A stretch of DNA of 64,000 nt from Piromyces finnis finn (GCA_002104945.1 MCFH01000037.1:124001-188000); one strand, 5' to 3'. Positions 13,491-32,342 are shown, counted from the first letter of the stretch. Notes: generated by a model from the letters alone, not told the origin. A program made the numbers and translations.

Positions 13491-16253
13491 ATGAAATACG
13501 AAAAGTCAAAAATCTCGACAAAAAGTGATAGTAAGAAAACATATTTATAAAGTTTAATATAATTAATATATTATATATAAAAGTATTAATTTATAATTAT
13601 TAAATAAATAAAATAAAAAAAGAACCTAAACCTCCTAAAACAATTAAAGATATTGAGGATACTTTAAAAGGTTTAGTATTTAAAAAAAATATATGTTACT
13701 ATTTTTAATAGATAAATCGTTATGAATTCTAACAGAAATATATATTAAACAATACCATAATAATAGAAATGGACAAAATCCATAATACTTCTTTCTTTAA
13801 TTGGATTAAGGATGAAAATAATGCTAGTGTTATAGCTTTTAAAACAAAGGATTTATTCCAAGAAAATTATGAAAAACAGCCAGAACTTGTATATAATGCT
13901 TTAAGATTTTTATGTAAAGATTGGAAGGTATAAAATGATATATAATAATTAAAATATATTAATCTATAAATAAAATAAAAAAAAATATATTAATTTTTAA
14001 CTAAAATATATTAATCTATAAATAAAATAAAAAAAAATTAATTTTTAACTAATTAAAAAAAAAAAAAGTTATCAAAAATCGCAGAATTAATTCTTAAGTT
14101 ATTTTATAATAGCAATGTCGCATCAGAAAAATTAGCTATTATAATTTATGAAGTATCCTTATTATTAGAGGTAAATAATAAAGAAAATTAACAATAAATT
14201 TTCGAAAATTTTAAATATTAAATATTCAAAATTTAAAAAATATATTAAACAGAATCCAGAAAAGGTAGATTTAATAAGTCTTTTATTAATTGGAGAAGAA
14301 CCAAAAAATGTTGCTTTCTTCCTCTATCATTTTTTTAAATATACTGAAAAGAAATATAGAGAACATACAGAAATACTTAATGAAGAAGAATTTCTTGATG
14401 AAATCAATGGTTTTTGTTCAGGAATATTGGAATGTTTATTTTCTTGTTTAAAATGGTATACTATATAACAAAATAAAACGTGATAATTATTATAATACTT
14501 AAAATTTTAAAAATATAAGTTTATTAATATATATATATATATTTATTTATTATTTATTAGGAGTAATGATTATTTTAGAGAATTAATTATTGAATATGTT
14601 ACTTTATCAACATTAGAAATTGATGCTAGACGTGAATTTCTAATTCGTATGGTAAATATAAAATATTCTAGATTCCAAGAAGAAATGGAAAATAGAAAAG
14701 AAAACATTAAATCAAACGATTATTCTCATGAAAACAAGAATAATTCGGCCTTCAATATTCCCCGTAAAAATAGTATTGAAAAAATTGAAGAGACTGAAGA
14801 AGTTTTTAGAAAATCTTTAAACTTTGGTATTTTAATATTTAGTAAGTCACAATATAATTTCCTCATATTAAACTAATAACAAATATATATGACTTTTACT
14901 ATTAATAATATAAGGAAAAATAAATTCTAAATTAATATCTTTTTATATAATTTTTCTATAGATATGTACCAAGTAGTAATGAGAACTGAAGTTGATGATT
15001 TATTAGCAGTAACCTCACCAACATCGAAAGAAATTCCATCTAATAGTGAACTTACTAGAGATAAGACAATAGAAATGAATGATCTTGAACTTAGTGATGA
15101 TATACTATCTGATAATTCATTTGATTATTGTAGTAGTAAGAGAATTTCTTTAAAAATGAATGATGATGATGAAGGCGTTGCTAAGAATCATGAGGGAAAT
15201 CATATGAAAAAAGATGAATCGTCTGCCACACTTTGGATGGACGATGAAAATGAAAATTATGATATCAATACTAACAATACCGATAATATAAATGAAAATT
15301 TTGATAATAGTGAAATGAGTATTTCAAAGGACTATTCTATTTCCTCCATTTACAACTTTGGATATGATAGTAGTTTTTGTAAAAATGATACAACTTCTAA
15401 TGAACAAGAAGATCCAACTACATCAGATAATTCTGAATTTTCCTATCATTTTGAAGAACTTTTCAATGAAAGTATTATCATTGGAAATCATGAAGAAGTA
15501 GAAGAAGCTGATTTATTAGATGATTTCATCAATAAATCATTTACTAGTAATACACCTAATAGAAGAAATAGTATGTTAAGTCTCTGCTCCTTCATAAATG
15601 ATCATAGTTTAGAAGAGAATAATAGTATCAGAAATATTAATAATGATTATAATAATAATAATAATTCTGAATCACATTCATCCAGTAGTAGTAGATGTAA
15701 TTCCAGATACTCATTAAACTTATCTATTCATACTATGCCATGCTTAGATGATAATTCTAGTATTAGTAGTCATTGTGGTTGCAACTGCACTAGATATAAT
15801 AACTATTCTGACAATTTGCTTTATGTTTTTCCTTCGCCAACTAGTTCACCTACATTACCAACACCACCAGCATCACCTAATTTTCTCTTAAATGATCATT
15901 ATGATTCATCTGAAAATGTATGCACAAATGGAAAGTGTAATCATTCACCAGAAATAGGCGAAGATGATTATTCTGTACATAACAATAGTTGCACAAATTT
16001 AAATGATTCTTGTTGCCAATCTTTATCCACAACTTTGGTATCACCTACCATGACAAATATTAACCCTAATATCTCACATTGTCAATTTTCACCAGAATTA
16101 CTTTCACCATCACCAATTGTACAAAGTTTATCAGTTGATAATGTATATATAAATTCATACGGTTATTCTTGTACATTTAATCATGTTAATTCTACACCGA
16201 TTTTACAATCTACTCAAACTGCTGCTTCCAATCAGCATGATAAAATTAACTAA
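13491..16253 (+). CDS. Hypothetical protein (about 7 exons): helical N-terminal region, long acidic Ser/Asn-rich C-terminal region with Cys/His clusters
   Basis: ATG 13491; GT-AG-bounded exons can be chained in frame (KPKPPKTIKDIEDTLK, EMDKIHNTSFFNW...FLCKDWK, LSKIAELILKLFY...LLE, NPEKVDL...CLKW, SNDYFREL...) into ORFs 14649-14876 and 14964-16253. No family recognised. Confidence 0.7.
13950..14049. repeat. Tandem duplication of a 52-bp intronic unit (second copy 48 bp)
   Basis: TAAAATATATTAATCTATAAATAAAATAAAAAAAAATATATTAATTTTTAAC at 13950-14001 is repeated at 14002-14049 with a 4-nt deletion. Confidence 0.85.
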
Positions 16254-17384
16254 AAAAAATAAAATATAATATAATATATATAAAAAAAAAAAAAGATAAG
16301 AATTTAATATGAACTATTTAATAATAAATATAAACCTAAAAAATAAAAATTTAAAAAAAAAAATAAATAAATAAAAAATTAAAAACAATTAATATAATAT
16401 ATATAAATTTTAAATTTATATACATTCCATTTTCTTATTATAAAGAAGAAAATAAAAAAAAAAAATAAAAAAAAAAAATAAAAAAAAATAAAATAAAATA
16501 AAAATAAAATTAAAATAATAATAATTATTATTTTTTGTTATTTATTAGTTTACAAATAAAGTAATAAATAAATAAAAAGTAATGTATTATATTAAACCCT
16601 AATGCACTTAATAGAAAAGAAAAAAAAAATACCTGTTAATTTATTTATTTATTTATTAAATTAATTTTTACCCAGAATTTCAATAATAATCATTTCCTAT
16701 GTATAGTATAATTTTTTATTCTAATAAATGTATTTATAATTAATCATCCTTTTATTTAAAAGTAAATTTTTTTTTTTTTATTATTATTTTTTAAATAGTT
16801 CTTCTTTATTAAATGATTACATGAAAATATATATTTCATTTTATTTTATTACTTAAGAATTATAACAAATACCTAAAATAAAAAATGATTTTCATTCATT
16901 AAAATAAAATTTTATAAAAAAAAAAAAGAAAGAAATGAAATTATGTTATAATATAATAATATATATAATCATAATAATAACCTATATTTAAAAATAAATA
17001 AATTTTATTATCAAAAAAAATTAAAAATGGAGAATATAAAATGTTAACTCCAAAATATATATATATATTTAAATATATAAAATACCGAATTAAAATCTAC
17101 TTTTTATAAAGTCGCTAAACTTTTCCATGAAATAATAGTTTAGCAATATTTTCTATTAATTAAAATTATAAATTATGAAAATAATTATATATATAATTTT
17201 TTTTATTTTCTGTATATATTTAAGTATATAATGTAACATACTTATTAAATCAAACTTCAAAAAATATACTTAATAGTAAATAAGTTATTTTATTTTTAAA
17301 AAATATATAGTAAAATAAATGAATATGTTCACAATGTTAAAATATGAAAATAAAAAATATTAATTGCCAATATAAAAAAATATC

Positions 17385-20330
<2,946 letters not shown>

Positions 20331-20514
20331 TAATATAAAATATTTTCATAAACAATAAAAAAAATTTATAAAAATTTTTATTAAATTTTATTATGATAAA
20401 ATTGGACATTACAATTTTTATGGTCATAAAAAATAGCCTTTTTTTTTTGAAATAATAAGATTTTTAAATTAAAAAAAAAATTATATAATAAAAATTAATA
20501 TAAAAAAAAAGATT

Positions 20515-22570
<2,056 letters not shown>

Positions 22571-22778
22571 ATTATCATATTTAAGTTAATAGCTAATTAA
22601 AAAATAAAAATTTCAGTCTATATAAACTAAAAAAAATGGTATAATATTATAAACATTTAATTTTACTTATATTAAAAATGGACATACTTATTGTATATTG
22701 GTCATTATTATATATAATGTATAATTAAGATTAAAAACTAAATAAAGCATTTAAAATCATTGTATTAAAAAAAAAAAA

Positions 22779-23330
22779 GTAAGAAAGCCACTATTATACT
22801 AAAGATAAAAATTTTGTCATGTATCCTACTGTTTCTTCAGCACTGACGCTTTTGGTTGTTGCTTCAAACCTTTTGAACATTGACCATTGCTGACCAATAA
22901 CAAAAAGCATAATTTTGGTTAGGGGTTCCGCTGTTACCATTAAGAATAGTGTTCTTTCGTAAGTGCCCAATTGAATCTGACACTTGTAAAGTTCTTTCCA
23001 TTCCCTTGAACTGTAATTGATATTGTTAAAACTTCTTCCCCCAAGAAGGAATTTAAATATCTGCACACACTATAATAATCATACACATTAATATTCACCG
23101 GATTATTAGAACTATTATTATTATTAACTAAATTACTATCTAAATTAGAATTAGTATCCTCACTATTGCTATCATTACTAATATTGTTATTTCTACTACT
23201 ACTATTGTTATTATTACTATTGTTACTATTACTATTACTATTGTAATAGTAACAATAACCAGTAGAGGCCATAGGCAAATTCTTGGTACTCATAACACAA
23301 TTTAATAAAATTTTTAGTTTCAATAAATAT
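22779..23330 (-). mobile_element. Degenerate, internally deleted relic of the same LINE family
   Basis: Matches 23651-24545 in blocks (AAGTAAGAAAGCCACTAT..., CTACTGTTTCTTCAGC..., KFLLGGRSFNNINY, Asn-rich tract, AATAACCAGTAGAGGCCATAGGC) with several deletions and substitutions. Confidence 0.9.
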
Positions 23331-23361
23331 TTATTTTTTATTTTCTTTTTTTCTTTAAGCT

Positions 23362-23435
23362 TTTGGTACAATGTTTTTTTTTTTTTTTTTTTTTTTTTTT
23401 AATGGCATCAAATATTTTTAAATTTGGTACAATGT
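23362..23435 (-). mobile_element. Micro retro-insertion: 22 nt of LINE 3' end plus A27, flanked by the 13-bp TSD TTTGGTACAATGT
   Basis: TSD at 23362-23374 and 23423-23435. Insert T-run + AATGGCATCAAATATTTTTAAA matches the LINE terminus AACGGCATCAAATATTTTAAA (23500-23520). Confidence 0.85.
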
Positions 23436-23475
23436 ATACTTTAACTTTAATTTTTTAAGTTTAAAGTTTTTTGAT

Positions 23476-26400
23476 TTTTTTTTTTTTTTTTTTTTTTTTA
23501 ACGGCATCAAATATTTTAAACTTTATTATTAATTTAATTAAAATTATAATACATTTAACATAAAAAATTAAAAATAAAAATAAAAAAAATATGTTTAAAT
23601 AAACACAAATGAATAAAAATTGGGTATAATGTATTCTAGTAATTTTAATTAAAGTAAGAAAGCTACTATCATACTAAAGTATAATAATTGTATTTGACTT
23701 CCAATGGGACACCGAGCCAAAGATCAAAATTTTGTCATGGAACAAAATTATGATCTCCATTGGTTGCGCTGGCCCTCCTGGCCTGTCTTACTGTTTCTTC
23801 AGCATTGACGCTCTTGGATGTTGCTTCAAACCTTTTGAACATTGACCATTGCTGGCCAATAGCAAAAGACATGATTTTGATTAGAAGTTCCGCGGTTACC
23901 GTCAAGAATGGTGTTCCTTCATTAGTACCAGATTGAATCTGACGCATACAAAGTTCTTTCCATTCCCTTGAATTGTAATTAATATTGTTAAAACTTCTTC
24001 CCCCAAGAAGGAATTTAAATATTTTACTGCACACACTATAATAATCATACACATTAATATTCACCGGATTATTAGAACTATTACTATCATTAACTAAATT
24101 ACTATCTAAATTAGAATTATTATCTTCACTATTGTTATCATTACTAATATTATTATTTCTATTACTACTATTGTTATTATTACTATTGTTACTATTACTA
24201 TTAATGTTATTGCTATCTCTACTGATATTAACATTTTCATTATTATTGATAGGACTATTGGAATTACGTTGACTGAAAAAATTTAATAGATGGACTATGG
24301 AATCATAATGTTTAATATGGATATCTCTAAATGTTGGACAATCTAATAACCAATGTTTAATACTTTGAACACCACACTTGCAACATGGACAGTAGTTAGG
24401 ACAAACTGGATCAACAAATTTAGCAGCTTTGGCAACTCTAGCATCCAACTTGTATCCGCTTCTTGCCTTCAATAACCAGTAGAAGCCATAGGCAAACTCT
24501 GGGTACTCATAACATAATTTAATAAAATCTTTAGTTTCAATAAATTTATTATCATCATAATATTGCGCTTTGATTGAATTCCTTTTGAGATCTTTCCAAT
24601 AAAAGTTTTTAATTGCTTTAATATCTCCATGCTTCTTTAGTTTTTTATCAAGTGTCCTACTTGATTTGCACCACGTGTATTTTCTAAATTTAGGAATGTA
24701 ATTGACAAGGTGTGAGATAATACAATTTGAGTTTTTCCATTTGTTAAAACATCTAACCTGAGCTAACGCACATTTGGCTGACAATGGAGGAATATTCAAA
24801 TCTTTTGAGATAGAGTATAAAGATATAAACGATACAGCTTTATGAACTCCGGCAACCCATCGTATTCCTTTGTTAACATGCTTCTGATCAATCCTAGACC
24901 TAGCTTTGTTGGATCCAAGTAATGGTGCAAAGTATGAAACTCTGCTGATTACTTGTGAGTTAAGTACTAGTTTTTTGAAAGGAATAGGAATATTAGGATT
25001 TCTTAAGAATTTACTGACTGAGAAAAGTCCTTTCAAAACCCTGTTATTAAGAGCTTTAATTACTGGTTTAAGGGACAAATTCTTATCAAATGGAACACCA
25101 AGATAAGTATAGCAATCAGTAGTTGGAATGGGTTTTCCTGCTAAGTAAAATGTTGGATCTCTCTTGTTCTGATTTTCTATTGATTCAGGACGAATCACCA
25201 TCGTTGAACATTTCTGGATACCAAATTCCATTTCATTATACAATGCCCATTCATTAACTCTTCTAAGCATCTTTTTTAAGCATCCTCTCTTGTTGGAGCA
25301 CAAATAACTATATCATCTGCAAAAAGTCCACCACAGCATCGAGTGTCACCTAAACTGACTCCGAGATCTTCGCATTCTTTAAAAATATCATTAATAAAGA
25401 GATTAAAGAGAATAGGAGAAAGTGGGCAACCTTGACGGACTCCTTTCTTCACATCAAAAGATTTCGAAAATTGACCATCTAATTTGACATTAGCCTTAGA
25501 TGTTAAATATAAATTTTTGATAAATTGTAAACTCTTACCTCGGATTCCTAAACAATCTAATTTATGGAGAATATTACCGATTGGGACTGAATTATATGCT
25601 TTCCTGAGATCTAAAAAGGCCAAATATGTCTCTTTATTATCTAATTGACGTCTACGGCATATTTCTTGGATTGAAATGAAAAGACTAATACTTTCTTCCT
25701 TTTTTCGAAAACCAAATTGTTCAGGTCTAATGAAATTATTCTTTAGACCATATTCTGAGATTCTAGTGGCGACAATTTTGGAAATCAACTTAATACCATT
25801 ATTGATTAGTGATATACCTCGATAGTTATCACAATTTGTCAAATCTCCCTTCTTAGGAATAGAAACAATACTGGATTCATTCCATGAGTTGGGGAAATCT
25901 CCATCCCAAATACGGTTGAATAATTTAAGAATAAAATTTAAACCATGAGCATCATTATCTGAAGTAGTATTACCAGAAGAATTATTATCTGTAGCATTAT
26001 TAGAATCATTACTTGATGGAATTAATGCTTTGTAAAATTCAATTGGAATACCATCCGGACCTGATGCTTTATAATTTGGAGTAGAGAGGATAGCTGACTT
26101 GACTTCATCAATACTAATATCTTGATTGATATCCCATTCATCAAGCATAGGAAGTGAAAAACGTTTATTCGTTGGTTCTTCATACCAATGCTCCAAATCA
26201 AGACTTACACCACTTGGATCTGATGCAAGATTTTCGAAATGATCATGCCACACTTCTAGCTGTTCTTCTGTAGCAACAACTAATTCTCCATTTTTGTTTT
26301 TAATTGGTTGAGCAATAAAGAAAGAATCTTTTCCAATTTTTGCAGTTTTCTTGATCCATTTCCAGGCCTTCTTAGGATTATGACTCTTCATATACTCACA

Positions 26401-26741
26401 TCCTGTTTTAATCCAATGAAGATATTCTTGTTTCCTAAATTCATTACATCTTTTGTGGATGTAATCGATGAGCTTACGGTAGATTTTAATTCTTTTAATA
26501 AATTCATCTATATCATAAATTCTTTCTTTTTTAAATCTCTTATACAACTTCATTTTGATTTTTTGAAGATTAAAAATTTGTTGTGAAATATGAAATGAAG
26601 ACTTTATAACATTATTTGCTGAGGTAATACTGAGCTCGTCTGCAATTGAAAAAGCAGTTGAAGTAAACTCTTTGGAAAGTTCATCTGTAGAAACATTAGG
26701 ATCGTTGAATTTTGCTGAAAGTATTTGGAATTTATTATGAC
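23476..26741 (-). mobile_element. LINE (non-LTR retrotransposon), 3.27 kb, 5'-truncated, poly(A) tail, 14-bp TSD TAAAGTTTTTTGAT (23462-23475 and 26742-26755)
   Basis: RT motifs KASGPDGIP, IVSIPKKGD...NYRGISL, EQFGFR, AFLDLRKAY, KGVRQGCPLSPILFNLFI, FADD; C-terminal CCHC knuckle; T25 run at 23475-23499; the reading frame is open right up to the 5' truncation point. Confidence 0.97.
23735..26741 (-). pseudogene. LINE ORF2 (reverse transcriptase + zinc knuckle), lacking the N-terminal endonuclease region, with one frameshift at ~25285-25290
   Basis: ORFs 25276-26553 and 23735-25303 join if the (AG)n run after FADDIVICAPTR is shortened by 2 nt (PTRGCLKKMLRRVNEW). Confidence 0.9.
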
Positions 26742-27327
26742 TAAAGTTTTTTGATGTAATAAATATAGGTTAGCAATTTACATTATTTGTTACTTTAAAA
26801 AAAAATACATATCTAAATTTTAAATTATTAAAAAAAATAAAAGAGAGAGAAATAGTGCATAAAATAAAATAATAGGTTATTTTTTTTTTTTTTTTCATTA
26901 TTATTTTTTTTCTTAATGAAACTATAATATTGATTTATATATAATAAAATAAAAATTAAAAACACAAAATGTATTCCTTCTTTTTTTTTTTTTAATTATT
27001 TTTTTATTTTTTATTTATTAATAATAATTTTTTATCAATTATATTATTATTTGAATTTGTTTTTAATTATAATTAAATAAATATTGAGCTATTAAAAATT
27101 ATATATATAAATATATATATATATCAAATAAAAAAAAAAATTTTTTTTTTCTCACTTATAATTAATAACTCTTTCTATTATATACAAATTTTTATAACAT
27201 TTTTATCAAAAAAATGATTATAAAAATATTTTAATTTTTTTAAAAAACTATTAAAAAAAAATATATAATCCTGAAAGAAAAATTAATCATAATCGGAATT
27301 TGTTAAATATCTCTCTCCCCACCAAAT

Positions 27328-29150
27328 TTAAAGATTATTGGACTTTCCAGAAGTAGCATTAACAGCTGGAATAAAAACTAAGAAAGCAGTACAATCATCG
27401 AATTTATCTAATCCTTGACAGTAAACTTCCTTAACATAATCACGTTGTACAATGACTTTAGCAATATCTTCAAGAATTTCTGGACTAATTTCACTAAGGT
27501 TATTCTTTTTGTCAACTTTTTTTAAATAATTATAATATATTAAAATATTTAATGTTAAAAACTTATTAAAATATTACCAAAAAAAATTTTTTTATTAAAA
27601 TATAAAATTATTTTCATTTTATTATCTTTAAATTTACCTTTACCACCTTCGGCAGCCTTCTTCTTTTGGCACCAAGCAGACATTGAAAGACCAAGGAATT
27701 CTAATAAGTTATTGTTCATTTGAGTTGCAGAATAGTCGTACTTTAAGTAATCCCAAACACCATCTGAGGCTATAACTAAAAGGTAATCCTTATTAGCGTT
27801 TAATTTATTAAAGGTGACATCAGGTTCATTAGAAAGAACAGCTGGTTCAATCTTGAATAAGAGATCACCCATGGTAGCACCCATATTCAAAGTACGCATA
27901 TTACTTATACCTATATCAGTAATATTATCATTGACAGCACGATAGATTCTAGTACCTACTAAATCCGAATATGGCTTTGTTCCACGCTTTTGTGGGGATA
28001 CAATGGAACCATGAATTCTTTTTGAACCATTTTGATTCAAGAAGATACCACCATTCTGTGAAATGTGGTATGCCATATCAGAAAGTTCAGGTGCATGATC
28101 ACGTGAACCAAAGACTTGACTCCAGACATTTTCACGATGTGAGAATATAGTTCTTTTAATATTTTCTCTTTTTCCCAAAACGGTTCTGGAATCACCAACA
28201 TTACAATTAATATGCATATTTTTATAAATGATATTTACAATAAAAGTACAACCATCATCTAATGGTTTTTCACCCTTGAAATCTCCTGCCTTCCAAGTCT
28301 TAAATTGTTCAGTCTTCATATCACAAAATTTTTTATCAACTTCTTTATATTTATCTTTTATAAAACGTTCAAAGAGCTGGCATTCCTCTTTCTTTTCCCA
28401 ATTCCAATCATGGAAATTAACAACATCTTCCATAGCCGTACGCATTTCTTTAATAAAGAATTGAGGAGCTTCATGACCACCATGACCATCAGCTAAAAGC
28501 CATATGTATACTGGAAGACCACTAACTGGATGGGTGTGGACTGCAGCATTTTTATCATCTAATGTTGGAAAATGAAAATCTTCCATATAATTATGGATTG
28601 GCTTTCTAGAATTATTTGGACCTTTTTCATAACCACGTTCAGTGGCCACAGACCATTTAATATCTCTATTATATAATCCAAGAGAGTTCTTTCTTTCAAC
28701 ATCAGTATCATTTGATGTTGAACTCTTCTTTTTATGCTTTCCACTCTTTCCACTACTACTTGATTTTGTTGATTTTAATGAAGGGCTCTTTGAAGCTGGA
28801 CTTCTTTCTGGACTTTTTGGTTTATTTTCAATTTTTGTTTCAATTTTTGGTTCTTCTAGTTCTTTTTCTTCAGGTTCTCTTACTATTAAATGTGGAGGTA
28901 TTGGTTCTGGTTCTATAGATTTATCTTCAACATTAATATTTAATGTTTCGACAGTATCAGAACGAATCATACCTCTAAATTTTGGATTTAATTTTGCTTT
29001 ATTTGATTCACTATTATTTGGTTCCATTTCTTTTAACATATTTTCATTTTGTGAAGGTGAACTATTTGAAGGACTATATTCATTCTTATTTTGCATACAT
29101 TTCATTGAATTGGAATCTATTTGATTTGGTTTTATAACAGAAGTTGCCAT
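27328..29150 (-). CDS. PP2C/PPM-family protein phosphatase with low-complexity N-terminus; intron ~27519-27639
   Basis: WLLADGHGG, DDGCT, NVGDSR, DHAP, MGATMGD, VIASDGVWD; last exon VDKKNNL...DKFDDCTAFLVFIP...NNL* ending at 27328. Confidence 0.9.
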
Positions 29151-32100
29151 GATATTTTGTTACTATATAATGGTTTATTAAAAAAAATTTTTTTGATAAA
29201 GTTCAATTAATTATTGTTGTGTTTATTTTTTATTAGGTATTGTTTTTCGTATTATTTTTATTTCTTTTTTTTTTTTTTTTTTTTTTTTTTTGAATATTTT
29301 CCTACTTTTAAAAAAATAAGATTTATTTAATAATTAGTTTTTATTTTACTTAAATTATGTTAATATAAAAATTTTTTTGTTTTATTAATTAAATTGATTT
29401 TTAAAGCAAACTTTCTTTAAAATATAAAATATTATTTTTATTTTTATTATTATTGAATGTAACTTAGAGTACTATGAAGTACGCTTACTATTTTACTTTT
29501 TAATTGATATTATGGAATGACGATATTTTTTGTTTGACGTTATTTTAAATTAACATATCTTATTTATTATGTAATTTTTACCACTATTAAGATAGTATTT
29601 TTAGTTATTATTTAAAAATTATATACAATTACACTATATAACAAATATCATTTTTATTTGTGATATTATAATTATTAAAAATTATTTTCTTTTCATAATT
29701 TAAAAAAAAAAAAATTGAATCTTTTATAAAAATAATTTTTAAATGTTTCTCTCTTTTTTTTTATAATTTTTTTAAAAAAAAATTTAATTAATTAAATATT
29801 TGAATTATATTCTAATATATGTTTCACTTTTTTTTTAACCTAATGAATCCCCCCTTATTATTCTAATAACTATTCTATTATAAATTGATATTATTATAAA
29901 TTGATTTTCTTTCTTATGATTTTTATTATTCATATTTATAATGTGGTGAATATAATTCTCCTATTCAACATTTGTATTATTAATAATAATATACTTCTTT
30001 TTCCTATATTCCTATTTTTATCATCCTTTTTACTAAAGATAATATTAATATTATTATTATTATTATTATTTAAAATCCTTTTATTTTTTTCACAGGTGTC
30101 ATTGGTAAATTAATTTTTAATTGATTGTTATATATATTATAATATATTGAAATTGTGGTATAAAACTTTAATTAATAATAAAAATATTTTTAATTTATAT
30201 TAAATATCATCTATTGAAATTGATGATATTTAATATCTTGGTTACATTAATGAAAGTCTTGAATTATAATGTATAATACAAAAAAAATTGCTTTTTTATA
30301 TTTAAATATGAAAACATTAATAATAAATTTATTTAACTACCTATTATGAATAGATGTTATTTTGGTGGGGAACTTTAAAATGTTTCCTTTACCTTAAATT
30401 TTACATCCTATTTTACAACTAAATATATTATAAATTTTCATATATAACACATTTCATACATTACTATAAAGTTTACACTTTTAAAATATTAATATTATAA
30501 TTACCCTTTTTCAATTGTGAAATTATAAATTCTTTTGAACCTAATGAAGAATTAGAAAAAAAAGAAAAATATAACTATTTATATTTCTCAAAATTATATA
30601 TATTTATTAACTATGAATTCAAATATAGATTTTAATACTAATAATAAAATATTTTAGGAAATGAGTATTTTTAATCAATTACTCAACAAAATAAATTTTC
30701 AAATAAAAATTGGATAACGTTATTTTTAGTTACAAATTAATATAATTATTTAAGATTTCATGAATTATTTTTTTTATTACTGATGAAACAAATAATCTTA
30801 ATTACTATAATTATATTTAATAGGATTAAACTTATTGATTGTTATAAATTTCAAAGGAATATATTTGTTTAATTTAAAGAAATATTTATATCAATTAATA
30901 ATGATAATGGTAAATTATAAAACCATAATGAAGTCATAATTAAAATAACTATTCTACTTTTTTATTTTACTATAAATATCTTATATTTAATAAATAAAAA
31001 AAAGATATAATTCATTTCTATATTTCCATATTAAATATAAGAATTAGCATCAAAAAAAAAAAAACTAATATTTAATAAATTTATTGTAATTCTTTTTTAA
31101 TTTAAAAAAAAATGGATAATTATTATGAATTCAATATTTCAATATTTTAAAAAATTTATATATTTTATATATATATTAATATTTCTTTCGGGATAACAAC
31201 AATAATAATAGTTAAAGTATTCCGTTTATTTAAATTATATATATATTATGTTTCAAATAATTAATAAAATTAAATATAAATAGCTAAGAACATAAAATTT
31301 TTATAATAGAATAATTACTTTATGTATGTTCAATTAAAGATTAATATGATTTATGGATCATTTTTAAAATAAACACAAAATAGAATAATAAATGTTTAAA
31401 ACTTTGTTATCACATAGTATTCATGTGACTTGACATGGATATTATATGAACGATCTATGAATATATATCAATATCAATAGACTCATTCATATTAAACAAA
31501 GTGTACCATTTTATTTTCAAAGAAATAGTCACATGTGTGTATATTTTTACAATTGTTTCATAGTTCAATATAAATTTTATTTCTAGGCTTTAAATTAATT
31601 TAACTATAAAAAGATATATTTAAAATAACATAAAAACTATATAATTAACATTTAACATTAGTAAAAGTAATATTATATATTATTATAAATAAAAATATTA
31701 TAAATAATATTTAATATTTAGAAATTAATATAGAATACAATACATACAATAATTATTTTATTGTTTAAGATTATGTATTATTTCTTGGTATTACTGTTTT
31801 TACCAAAAAAAATTATTGCTTCTCATTTATATATATTTACCTATAATTTTAGTATTTATTAAAATTTCCCAATAAATGTAGTACAAAACAAAAATATTAA
31901 TTACAATTTCCTTTAGTGATATTTTTTCATATATATATTAAATTTATTCTTAAAAAAAAAAAGGAATGCTTTTCCACCACATAATTTTATTTTATAGCTG
32001 GTAAAAAAAAATATTTTATCTTTACTTCATTTTAATATTCTAAATATTCTACCATAAAATAAATAAACAAAAAAAAAAAAAAATGAGGATAATAGTTATG

Positions 32101-32217
32101 TGAATAAGATGTTCATGGAATATGAGAATATGAGCATTAATATGATTAAAAGAAACTCTTTAAAAATAATCAAAGATTAATAATATATTTTATCTAATTG
32201 TTTAAAATACATATAAG

Positions 32218-32220
32218 CAT

Positions 32221-32251
<31 letters not shown>

Positions 32252-32305
32252 CTTTATGTATGTATTTACTTATGTATGTATTTATTTATTTATGTATGTA
32301 TTTGT

Positions 32306-32340
<35 letters not shown>

Positions 32341-32342
32341 TG
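32218..32342. repeat. (TTTA)n/(TATG)n tetranucleotide microsatellite
   Basis: Directly visible; explains ORFs 32198-32392 and 32256-32522. Confidence 0.9.

Noticed and set aside
28228-29124. Plus-strand ORFs overlapping the PP2C gene (also 6755-7138, 17580-18146, 24906-25106, 34960-35870, 61222-61431 over other genes)
   Set aside because: Antisense or alternate-frame shadows of real coding regions with no recognisable motifs.
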